Origin: Balanoglossus misakiensis
Lineage: Eukaryota > Animalia > Hemichordata
Length of the DNA stretch: 64,000 nucleotides
Direction: 5' to 3'
Assembly (NCBI GenBank): GCA_040954595.2
Contig: CM082583.2
Location: 8,604,254 to 8,668,253 of the forward strand
Below the pieces are notes generated by a model that saw nothing but the letters and a program-made list of their open reading frames with translations, was not told the DNA's origin and did not search any database. Shown here in pieces: positions 25,701 to 38,600 of this stretch; positions within the stretch are counted from its first letter, which is position 1, and each line of letters opens with the position of its first letter. The translations under genes and the position numbers were made by a program.

Positions 25701-28700
25701 TGCAGACTGTGATGCCGAAAACAGGCTGACGTTAATCCCGCTGTAATTGTACTTGGGTGACGTACGTGATACAGGCTTAACTTTTCAGGTACTTGGCATT
25801 AAATCTGAAAATGGTGAATAACCAGCGAGATAAATGTGACCATTGAGGGATGACTGGGTCAGGAGAGCATTCAATTAAAGGGAATAAGACGCAGACAGTC
25901 GAGAGGAACCGGTGGTGTTTTTGGCTCTCGCTCAGAATGCGATTAGACTAGAAATGCATTATGTGGGAATATCGCATCTGTGCACGGTGATAATGGCCTT
26001 GCTTTGCCAGTGCGGGCATGATTGATAAGTTTATCTGTATTCACCCTCTGCCTCTGATTATACTGTTACAACGGTACTACAGAATTGAAGCGTGTAGTGC
26101 AAATTTGCTGATAAAGAACGGTGTTTGTCAATTTTAGATTTCAGTGGAATGTGTCGTTCTCTATCAGGATTCACTCTTGGAATCTACCGTTATCTGTGCG
26201 AAAAATCACACTCTTCCGGCAATATGCAAGAACCGCATTTGCTTTTTTTCTCTCAGTAAATGTATTATGTATATTTAATTCATGAGACTGCAGTATTACA
26301 ACATATGGCCATGTGTGCGTGTACACATGTCATTTTTTTACTTAAAAAATAGTATTATTTTGCAAACATATGTGTTGAAATAATTATGCTTGGAACAAAC
26401 AGATGTTGAGAATATACCAATGTGGCAAGATCATGAAATAGTCGAGGTCTGTGAAAAGGGTCAAAGGTTAGCAACGTTAAAGGTCAAAGGTTGCAGGTGT
26501 CGGGAACAAGACCGACAATAATTGCACAGCGAGTGTATCTGGACGGAGAAATAGCAGTCGCAGGCAAGAAGTGACTTCTTGGGGCAGTTTGATGGGAAGG
26601 CAGTTTGCGTTGACAGAGAGACTGATTGGTGTGGACGTTAATAGGCAGCTTATTCCGTGAAGCATTTTTGAAAATCTTTCAACAGGAGGTAAATTGCATT
26701 TGCCGTAAGTGAGGAGATGGGAAAATTGAAGTCTGTTGTCTTGAAGAGCTGTTGAATGTGTGGATGGGGACATCCATGTGCAAATTGGATGGATTGGTTT
26801 ATTTTAGGGTCGTGTTTTTTTTTTCCATGTGGAAACAAAAACATACCTGACACTTGCTTGGTTGTTTGAAGTATTTTTGATATGTGGCTGTATAATGAGT
26901 CAAGGTGATGACAACTGAAGGAAGATGGAAGTTGGAACAAATGCAGGAGTTATTATATGGAACGGTCGCCAGAAGGAAATATATGAACATTGGCTGTGTG
27001 CAGAGATTGTAGTGACAGCTGGCTGTAAATTCCGTAAAAACGGAATAAATAGATTCATGTTTTGCCACTCCATTGCATATTTCACCATAAAGTATATGAT
27101 TTTAGAGCAAGGGTCATAAACTCAACAATGTAGCTTACTGTAAACTGACAAACAGACGAAGATTTTAGTTTTTTTGAAATATGTGTGAAATTTTGACTGA
27201 AGCGGTGTCGGAAAAGAGTTACTATAGCATAGATACGGTCGGCATCCACTGACGTGGGTTTAAGAGATTACGGTTCAATCCTATTGATGTCCACAAAACC
27301 AAGGATTAACTTATCCCCCATCGCTGCATTGTCATGAAATGGTTTAGAGCAGATTTACAAAGATAATTCCTGTGGAATTGGGTCCTCACTGGCATTCAGT
27401 CAAACAAGACTAGAATTTTTAGTGTTGGGATTTATTCTTTCTGCTTCTTTTAAACGCAAAATTCTAGCGAGACAAATGCAATTTTAATACCATGTTGATA
27501 TAAATTCGCGAATATTTCCGCTACAAAACTATTGTGAATTATGTGTATATTATGACTATATTTGCAAAGTTGAAATTAAACAATGCTTGTACGTGTGGGA
27601 CTTTGTTTTGGGCTCTGAGTTTATAATGTCAACCTCTGTACTCGCATACTCAGTAATTCGGTGGAATGTTTAATATAGCTGACATTTCTTAGCTGTCTAT
27701 TTTGTGGGTTTGTGTGGATAACTGAGAAAGTCGTTAACAAATCCCGCCTGGACTTCTGTGGGCAGCGTGTGTACTCTCAGACCTGTCAGAGTAAAGACTC
27801 GTCAGTAATTTCAACTTAATCACAGGTGATAAGGTCAGCACTCTCTTGTCGCTGGAAATTTGCGTTGTGGTTGTTCAGAGCTTCTCCTGTCTGTCACGTC
27901 GCCATCTGCATCAGCGACGTGTCTTGCGCGTCTCTCTTCCAGCGCTCGCAGATCGAAGATGCGTTAATTGGTCCATTTTGCACGCACTCTTGTACGTACG
28001 CCTTGTCTTGCCCTGCACCACAAAAGGAAATATGAACAGAGATATAAAAAAAAGAAGAAGAGAAATCCATTGATCAATCGTCACTTAATCGCAAATCAGG
28101 AGTCTGAAACGCATACCATGAAAGCCTAACAATGCTACGATTGATTGCGAAGCCCAGTGAGCATGGCAGATGGCTTCTGAATGGATTGGTTGCCATGGAA
28201 ATGTTTGGATTCCACTGGAGACAGCCTGGAATTTCCTTCCACTGAATGGGTGCCATGGTAGACTTTCGTGTTTTATATTTCCAACCGTATGTTGTTGATT
28301 CATGCTACTTTAGGATTGTTATCTGAGTGTTATCAAATAAACTTTCCGGTAAATTTTCTTAATCCACAACAATAAGGTACACTTGCTGTGATTGTTAGAT
28401 GTTGTACGGTACTTTTGTTCCATTTGTCATTCTTGTTGTACTCCAGCATCATCACCATTATTGTTCAGACGTGATTTTGTGTAGTTTTCTCCACTTGGAG
28501 CCACGGTGTCGTGCTGGGAAATCAGACGGCGACCAATCAGGAAATTTGGGATGAGGCCGAGAGTACCTGCCGATGTAATTGGCACGGTTACTCTCCGAAA
28601 TGGTCGATAAACACCACGCATTCAGTTTTAATGTCTGCCGATTTTAATCAGAGCAGGCAGGGACCTCTTACCCAACACCTCAAATGTCAGTTGATGGCTG

Positions 28701-31700
28701 AATTGACTGTTGATTGCCACAGTCACTGTTTCAGATTGCTGTGGTCTGACGTGGTGCTTCAGAAGTTAATTTGTGCTAGTGTTCTAGATCCAGACCTACA
28801 GAATAATTGTCACATTTTTGTAGATGCAGATACAAGGTGTGTGTACGCGCAGGGTTTTTCGTGCGACATTTTAAATCGGAAGTACTAATACATTTGAGTC
28901 ATTTTTCGCCCCATTTTAGGAGCAAAGTGACCAGAACTTGTTTTATTTATAAATATTCAGCTAAAAGATTGTGGTCAGGAAGTAGAGTGTTAAAAGTTGC
29001 CAAAGGTCATAGGTCAACCAATAGGACATGTTCATCATGTACATTCGTAAAGGCAATTCCCAGAACAGGCATATTTAAAGGTATTAGCAAAACAGGACAA
29101 AGTAGCTTAAATTGCCGATCATTACAGATTTATATATGGGTGTCCCCAGGGAGAAATGCCTAAATATGTACATTTATAATACCCTGGATTCCTATTAGCC
29201 ATAAATATAAAATGGTATTTCAGCTTGTATTCTAAAAATATGAAAATAGTATACGAGCTTAAATTGTCAAATCACTCAGTGAGGAAATAATTACTACTGC
29301 CTAATCTACTTGGAAAAGGAAATGGTCTCTTCCTATGCATAAAGACGGACATTTCAAGGTATCTGCAGTACAGCTGCAGGCTTTGTGATAAAAACCATAG
29401 ATTACCATGTCTGTATAGAGCCTGGCTATATTTTTTTTTACCTTTTTGTCATTCCATTTGAACTCAGCTTGTAAATTATCTTCTTCTCTGAGAATCTATT
29501 TCCAGATGTTAGCAATACCGTGCAAGGATACTGAAACCAGGTGTGACGAGTCTGCGGTGGACAGATGAGACCGAAATAAAAAGAACTGTCTTGAATGTAT
29601 TTGATGGTTTCTCTTACTTAAATATGCAGATGCGTTTGATCTTTTGAAGCGCCGCATTTCTTACTCGTTTGTAGAGGCTAAATCCCTTTGTAGGAGAGAT
29701 CTCGCTCTTTGAATTGAATCTTCCAATAGAGCAAACCTGAGATGTCAGTTTTCTGTGTTGGCCTATGCTTCAATTTTCCATGACCCTGTGAAGGTGTCAT
29801 TGAGTGCTGTCACTCCGAGTGCATTTTTACGATAATTCTCAGTTCGACCCACTCTCGTTTTGTTAAAAGGTGGACACACATGTCAAGTACATAGTTGAAG
29901 TGGAAGAGTGCGTTCGACGCACCCTACTTCTGGCAAGTTGCGCTTCATCAAGGCTATGCTGAGTATATTGTATGTTGGCCAGATTCCACAATTGGTATAA
30001 TGTTCTCTGGAGATAAGAATACTCAAAGCTGGGCAGTGTCTATACGAAAATCAATCAAACAGGCTCAAAATGGAGTGTGTATTTAACTTTCTTCTTACCA
30101 TGTCTGTTGAAATTGTATTGATTAAATGTGTGACTAAACTTCCGGCTTCGAGACCCATTTTGGAATAGTCAGTACACTGGTGTCAGCAAACACGAACTTA
30201 AGACTCTTTTCACTGCAAGTCTCGTGTATGTGAGGAAATATTTCCGAAGGTTGAAACTGTTTATTTTTGTAAGATGTTCTAAGGTGCAGCTGCCACACTA
30301 AAATGTACAGCTTTCCCCATTTTTCCTCGCATGCTCCATGTCTACTTGGTCCATCCAACAGGAATTTTAGTTGGTGTGGCCCTGTCACTTGACTGACTTG
30401 TCTCTCAAGAAGTGCTTCCACAAGACACTAAGATGGTTCATCCATCCGTGTAGAGTAGAGGCTGGGTGTAAAGGTGCAGACGTTGCGAAGAAAAAGTTTA
30501 ATTAGAGTTGAGAACGGACTGGCTTGGCTTGGCTCTCTTGGAACATGGAGAGCGCGCCTCAGAGTGGGAGGGGTCATTGTCTTATCTTTGCGAGCATCCT
30601 CATTGCTGTTCTTTGATACCGTGTGAAATCCACGTAATTGTTTCAGGGGCATTATCTCAACTTCTCAACCATGGCTGATAATCACTGTCAGTTTGTCCAT
30701 AGACAGTAGACTACTGTCTATGCTTGAATCGAGAGTAATTATTATACATGTGGGTTTCTTTCTGCAAGTAAAGTATTGATTGACAACGTGACCTTTAACC
30801 TCCACAAGTGGATTATGGGCAGTACTTTCCCCACTGGACGTGAGACCCAGTCGCTGTGAGATCCCGAGAACATCTCAAAAACTCCTTGGTTACCTGTTAT
30901 CCTAATTGCTGGCAATCGCAAAGTCTGCTTCTGTACGTGACAGAACAAGACAATTTGCTGCTGTGACGTCAGAAATTAAAAGATTTTCAAAGAAAAAAGA
31001 TGGAGTCAACTCTGCGTGAATAATGTGATTCTCTCACATCATCACTGCGTTGATCTTTGAAATCTCCTCTTGCTCCGTTTTTTTTTATGAATGATGTGTT
31101 CTGCATGGCAAGATGGTACTTACGGCTGTAAACGAAGTGGGTAAAAAGTGTAAGCACAAAATCTACATCTGTGCATGCAATTTTGAGTGTATCAAGCACT
31201 TGGTTATAAACCATCACAGAGGGACATCAACATTCATGGCATGTGCCAACTCTTGCCTGCCTTGTCATAAAAATTAAGTCAGGAGATTTTCTTCTCTCTC
31301 GGGTCGTGATCGCGTTTTCTCGCAAAGTGAGAGAGTGTGTCTGTTGTTTCCTTGGTCTCAGTGAGAAAAATATGCTGAAAATGTCAGTGTTTTTGGACTG
31401 AGTATGACAAGCGAAGGTTGTTGGGTACCGTGACAGTTAAAGTCTTTTTTTTCAAGTTTGAAGTTCATGATAAAGTGCGTATTGAAAGTCATTCCTTGAC
31501 GGTAGATGTATTATGGACGCTGTGCACAACCGTTCATGCATGAAGTTTGTGATTTCTGTATTTGCCATCATTTACACAGCAAACACTCACACAACGAGAA
31601 TCAACATCAATGGGTGGGTACTTCTGTGATATGTTTTCACAGAACATCTATCAGCACACTGTGACAGACCCCCTCCCCCCCAACAGCTCCACATGGCTCA

Positions 31701-34700
31701 GCCGTATCAGTTTAACGTTATCCCGTACGCAGAGAATTAAGCCGCCTTGCGCGCCCCTTTTTTTATCGTCCTCACGGTATCGCGTCACCCGAGATCAGAT
31801 TGAGTCCCCTTCACTGCGCTAATAGTGCGCCTTTAACAGCTCCTGTGTCGAGGCAGCGAACGCGATAATCGGCGAAAATGAATTGAGAACAGCGAACTCG
31901 TGATTGAGATGTCTGGAGAGATGTGTGTCTCCCGCGTGACTCATCCTATTACCATCCAATATCAATGCTACGCCTATCCTGAAACCGTATGCCCAGCATA
32001 ATAGTCTAATCAAAAGAAGCACACCGCACTTTGCACAGTTCCACACAAATCATTCCTTCGCCCAGGTGGGAGTCAACCAATACATCGTTCAAATTCTTGA
32101 ATATCTTTTTGTCCAGCTTTGGAAATTTTAACTTTTGAAATTTTATTCTGAATCTCAATGGTCAAATGTGTACTGTTTCAAGTAGATGTAGAAGAAGGGT
32201 TCTGAAATCGGTGAACAAACCTAGTACTAGGACATACTTTAGCATCATGCTGAGATGATTTTCTCTTGCCTTGAGTTGAAGTTGTATTTTGTGTGCGCCA
32301 ACCTGTGAATCAATCAAAGGGATTTCTCTGCCCGTGTTTACATAGCTCTACACAAATCAAGATGAATTCCAACCTCCCAGACGCTGCAGATCCCTCTGCT
32401 CACCTGAACTGTATTCGCTTAAGCATGTCTTATTTTTTCAGGTCGCCGAGTATTGAAATAAATGTTGACTGATGTGTCACAAAGGTTGACCTACTAAAAG
32501 TAAATCCATGTGAAATTGAGGTGAATGCTGTACACTCGCCATAGCTGGGGTGTCTGGAAAGGGGGGGAGGCTTCAGTTCGGGATTTGTTCGACGTTCTTG
32601 CGCTTGCGCGTTCCGTAAAACACATGCAGAGATATTCTGCAGGGTTACGCTACCCATTAGCAAGACATGCAATATTTTTAGTTCGCAATACAACAGGGAT
32701 TTTCTAGAGTGATTGGAATGGAAGGTTGGGTCAGTTTGCCATTTTCCCTTTAATGCAAAACCACGCCTTTAAATTCCCTGTGTAAATTAATTTGAAACGA
32801 GAACTGATGTTGTTGCAATTGTACAGTGCAGTGCAGTCTCATTGTGGACAACATCTTTTACGAGACAACACCATTCTTTTGACAATAGTGTTTAAAATAT
32901 GACAAGATTATTCAAATAATATAAGTTAGGATGTGCTGAACAAATACATTAAATGCGGAAAAATATTGCCTGATTAGTTCCACTCTTGGCCTGAGAATTT
33001 CCAAAAAACCACAGTGTACGTGATTTCGCGCATGCTGTTTTTCAGTTGCAGTATTGAGTGATGGGTGCATTTGACCGGAGGAGGTTCTCCATAGATTTCC
33101 ATTTCTGAGACTTTTTCTCAAATTTCTGTCAGTTTCAGCTGTCCTACTGAGGCGTACGTACGCCCATATAAAGCAGCGAGCCGGCGTTCTGAGCGTGAGC
33201 AGTCAATTTGGCCAAAGGGGGGTTGCATACAAAATTCACAGCTGTTGTATTACAGCCTCTGAGAGAACAGCAGGGGTCTCAGCATAGCCATGTCACATCA
33301 CTCCCACAAATTTTTCTTTCCTGAATTAGAAATGAAATACAGATTTTATTACATCCTCATAAACGTGTCATTATCAGAACACTCGAGTAAAAGCAAAACT
33401 TGAAAGATTTATCAGTTCAGATATTGATATCTGCATCATGTCTACTCCTCGTGCGTCCGGCAAACATGTTGCCTTTTTTACGGCGCGTCAACCACTTTAA
33501 ATTGGAAATTGTAATTTCTTGGGGAAGAACGTCGTAAAATAAACATGATATTATTACAGAACCTGTGATGGAGCTCACTACTTTGCCATGGCTGAGAGCT
33601 AAACAAGGAGACAGATGGAATTAAATGCAAAGACGGATGAAATTTAAAATTCAATTAAGGTTTTACGTGGGAGGACCACTCGTCACAGTTGTAAAATTTC
33701 GAGGGGAATTTATTCTTGTAATCAAGAGCTGTGTGCTGGCAAATCATGGGCATGTTATTCATTCTGGAAGTGTTGATATCGGGATAGGTGGGGTGGGGGT
33801 TCATGTTCAAAGTCTTGCTGTATTCACTCTCTGAGATAAGCGTAGAAATCTCTTTCAGTTGTAACGATGGATATTATACCTTGGTATGATTCAGGATTCC
33901 GCTGATCTCAGATAGAAGCTGTCACCGCCTCACGTCTTTCATCCATCGCACTGTCTGTCCCACTGGTCTTATCTTTACTGCTATTCAGCGGGGACCTTGC
34001 TTTATTGATTGCAGGGATAATTCCAAGGCAAACAGCTCAATTAAAACGTGTGCAAAAAGATGAAGTCAAGTTTATTGCCCGTGGCGGCTGCCCCTGAAAG
34101 TTGTAAAAAACGAACTGCCTTGCGTGTTGAGAAAGTTGTAAATTCAGTGACGACAACTGGCTTTGTTGGGCCTTGAAAGGTAAATCACGACTTGGAAAGA
34201 GATATGAACTGCTTTGTCGTGTTCAAGATGTCTCCCCCCCACCCTCAGGCAAGATGCTGGACATACATCATATGACTCATTATATTATAAGAGCAGTTTT
34301 TACTTACAATAATTTTACACGCCATCATTTTTAACTTCCTGTAAATCTTATAGTGGTAAAAGAGTTCCACAAGAAGCAGGCTTTTATTAAAAATGGAAGT
34401 TCCCTGTAATAGCGTTTCTTAAAGAAACCGACTCAGAGAGTCCAAACAAAGGCAATAGTCGATGATAGAACCAAGCTGTAAAGATCAAGTGGAGCTTTTG
34501 AGATTGTATGGTTACTGGTTTTTGATACCCATGTGGGCGTTTCATGCAAGATTTGTACTAGAAATCATTATACTTTAATGCAGTTCGTAGAAATCTCTAG
34601 AATTAGCCAATAAACTCAGTGAAGGGCCCGTGCTAGATAATCTAAAAGTCAGTTCTGTGAATCCCAATCTTTGAATTCCAGTTACTGTGAACTTGAAAAA

Positions 34701-35546
34701 TTGAGGACAGAACTCCAACTGTCGTACTCTCGACTGTGTGTCTGGGATGTGGCTGCCAGCTTGATACTTCGCCTAGAGAATAGATTTCTTGACTCATTAG
34801 GGGATGTGCAGTTTGAATTCGCCCTTGTTTCAGTCACGCTGCTGTCGTCGTCGTGCTTTTGGAGAGGTGCTTCCAGTTCACTTGCGATTTATGCAAATGA
34901 GGGAATCGGGCAGAGTTCGTCTGAGACACTTTGTGCTCCAGTGAAAAACGTCTCTCCCAGAACCTTCAGGCTGATCACGGAACACGCACCATTTGATGTG
35001 CTGTGTCCCCAATTCTGAAGGAACATGCAGTTTTCAGTGTCTCTGCAGTTGCATGCGGGGTGCCTATCTGTCGGCGTAGATTTTTTTTTCATCATTTGAC
35101 TAACATACATGTATGGTATTTCCTACAGGGACAAAGGCTGTTAAGATACAGTTTAAAACTTATTCTGTGAATTCTGCATTCTACAAATATGTAGAAAGAC
35201 AGCAAAAATGCAAACTGATTTTAACTATGAAGGTGCTGCTCATAATTTTTTTTTGAACAACCCTACAAGTCCAGTTTGACTGTTATTTGTACGGCTGCAT
35301 TAATAAGTTATTGCAGTGCATGTAGTTTGTGGAATGGTCTGATTAGCTTCAAGAACAGGAACCGGCTTTCTTTCAATTTCTGTGCGAAGAGATTAAAATC
35401 TTGTACGGTTTCGTTAATTTGAACCGGTATGCCATCCATGTGGGGCTTTCCAATTTGATTAAATGAAATTGCGTTGATGGTCGCCTGTTTAAAGGGTGGT
35501 CAGTTTCAATTTGTCTCATTCAGAAAAGAACAAGATTTGTTTCCTT

Positions 35547-35615
35547 GGGGGGGGGGGGGGGGGTGGGAGTTTCAGGGACGCAGTTCTCTGAAGGGAGGGG
35601 GGAGGGGGGAGGGGG
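35547..35615 (+). other. Poly-G cluster with G-quadruplex potential
   Basis: A G17 run plus GGGAGGGGGGAGGGGGGAGGGGG. Confidence 0.7.
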
Positions 35616-38600
35616 TTCAGAATAACTTAAGCATGTCACTCCCAACAGAGAGTACACCTTGTGGCAGTCGGGAATATTCCCCTTCTGAAAGATTTCCCAT
35701 GATGTCACAGCAAACGTGTATTCGATTTAGTTCGGTGCCAGCGCGATTTACTGCCATCGCGTGCTTGTCGCGGCCAGATAACAACGGAAAAATGATGGAA
35801 GCCTCAGAAATCAACATTGATGCTGCCGGGGAGTGAGTTTGTTTGTTCCATAATGCAGCGTAGCGTATCGCTACCATCAATCAATAGAAATTGGTTGGCT
35901 CCTTGCATCCCTGTAGCTACGAATGATTCAGTGGTGGTTTTTTTACCGCACTCTACCGAGCGACGCCGTAGATCACATCAACACGTGTTGTTTCCCACCA
36001 ATCTCCAAAGTCAGTCAACAATTTTTAAGTAACGGTGATTTGTTTTGTGCCTCGAAAAATCAATAAAAACGCAGTCATCAGAAATTTTTCTCATGGCAAC
36101 ATTTTGTTAGAATACATCGCTGTCAATCTTTTCATGAATAATAACCGTATACCAGTGGACAATAACAGAACTTCACTCACCCATCCTGAAAACCGTTTTG
36201 AATATGGTTGAGAAGTGGCAAATTACCCACAGAGTGGAGAAATCATATGATTAGGCAGAATTTTCAGAAAAATTCCGGAGATGCTACAAGAAAACGAGAT
36301 CGCGTAGAGACGAGAGGACCACTTTGTGGCTAGTCAGCATTTACCATAAACAACGAAGAAACGTGTTGAACGATGAAACAAGTTGCCTTAAGAAAAAAAT
36401 TCAAAGTAGCGGATGTTTTGTCAAGCCTCCAGCCACTGTGCTGGGGCCCTTATCTTTGATTCTGATAATATCTCATTTAGAAAACCGTGTGTGAGTTCCC
36501 AAATCAAAATTTGTTGTCTGAGAACAAGTCAGTGTGTGAAGGATTTCACCTCGACTGACTGTGCACTGAATTATAAATGTTTATGTAATCTGTGCCCGGC
36601 AGACAGCAGTATAGAATTCATCAAGTTGTTGGATTTTCTGAGACTCGGGGAAATATTAATATTCAAGTAAGGTAACTTTGACGTGAGATGTCTTTATCAT
36701 ATTTTGTCCCCTTTGGTAATGTGTTGTTTATACTGCACTCTCGATGTGATTTTAGAATCTGGTCATTTCATATTGGCACAGGCGATATTGCATGTCCAAT
36801 AAATCCAAACTGAATTCAAATTAAGCAGTCTGATGCTACATGTAATTTGAAGCAAAAGTTTTCAGTGCGGTTATTTTCAGCTACGCCTTCCAGTTTATAT
36901 TTAATATTTGGTCAACGTAAACGTATTATCACATGTGTTAATCCCAGATTCATGCTCAGTGATCTCCGTTATTATTCCAAGGGATAGACAGAGCTTTCTT
37001 TCAGGGATCATTTGTAGATATTCAGACTTGGTCATGCGAAGTTTTGTCGATATTATCCTACATGTATCTTTGCATTTGTGTAATCTGCCCCATGATAAGG
37101 ACAGTCTCTTTACGAGCATACGCTGTCTTATCACCCTAAGTGGCATCCGAAGTAAAGGTTTATTGGCAGTTTCGTATATTGTATACTGACGAAAAGAATG
37201 TATTATTTCATTTGAAAACCAAAGCAAGCACACACAAAAATAGATGGTAGATTCTGACCCCACGAAGTATGAAGAACGTTTGATTTTTCCTGCCTTTTCA
37301 CTCTTATGGCAGATTTGTTGCGCGTAAAAGAGGGGATTTGATGCGTCAGATCTCAGCTTTATTCGTAATTTTCAATCTTGCACTAGGCACAGGTGTGTGA
37401 GTGGGCATTGATTGAAAACGAGAGATATTTGCGGCATCTGCAAGGGTTGGGGCTTCCCGTTTCTGAGAATGTGATGCGGAAAAGGGATTCGGTGTCGGCA
37501 CACTTCAAGGAGACCATGGAGAGACCTTCAGGTTCACAGTAGGAACATCTGACTATGAAAGAAATGATAACAGCATGGTCGAACGAACGGTAATATTGAC
37601 CCAAGGGGGGACTATCAGTGGAGATCATCCACAGTGAAACTTCTTGAGAATTCTTTTTTTTGTGTGGAAGAGATAGATACACGGATGGAACTCTCTTTGC
37701 TTTAGTTCTGCCGCTTTGCGATCACTCACCCCCGACCCCGCTTTCTCTCACTGCACACGCTTTTCCTCGCTGAAATTACACCGACATTATTTTTGCGGTG
37801 GTGCATATCGCAAATAATTGATGAAGCAATCATCAGCGGTTGATGTGTAGGTGATCTGGCAGCCGCCATTGATCAGAGTATGATGTTTAATCGCATAGAC
37901 CGACGTCGGAAGGTTATTTAACGAAATTTGCTGCATTTTCATAATTTGAGTAATCAGGTGGAGGATGTGGAGAAATTGGCAATATGGAAAAAAAATAACC
38001 GAGCTCCCACTGTTGGGGTACGTTTAGTTGATGAAGATATTCTGATTGATCAAACTGTGGCCCAGGAGTAAAGGTGTGATGCTACGGAACTAATTGGAAT
38101 ATATTCCTGAGTGTGTGCGGTGGTATCACTTAATAATTGTTCAATGATAGACTTGTATATGTATGTGTGTGTGATGGGTGAAATCGGTTGTCTATGGACA
38201 AGACCAACTGTAGTATTTTCGTGCTGCTTGTCCAAAAGGAAATGTTTTATATCAGTGAATATTACAGTACCTATGAAGTATGAATTCTGGGATCTTGTAA
38301 TAAGAATTTATATTGCTATTTTGAGATATTCTTCGTGAAAATGTTGTTTAAACGTAGATATTTTGAGACTGTTGAGTACTGAATGTAGCTGTTGTTAGTG
38401 TAGAAACTGCAATGAAAGCCTCCAAGGGGTAGCTTGAAATTATATTACCATACGTGAAAATTAATGCATCTTTCACAGCAGGTGCATAAAGAGGTATGGG
38501 GCTGACACTTTTCATGAGCAATTAACGGAAAACAAATTTGAAGGCAGTATCATTTTAACACGCTTTTGGCCATATTTGATAGTTGTACTACAACAGATGT

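Noticed and set aside
26540-26550. TGGACGGAGAA, matching the 5' half of miR-184
   Set aside because: The 3' half does not match and I see no precursor hairpin.
37387-37541. Purine-rich, protein-like stretch (ALIENERYLRHLQGLG...)
   Set aside because: In-frame stop, only weak donors, no recognisable homology.
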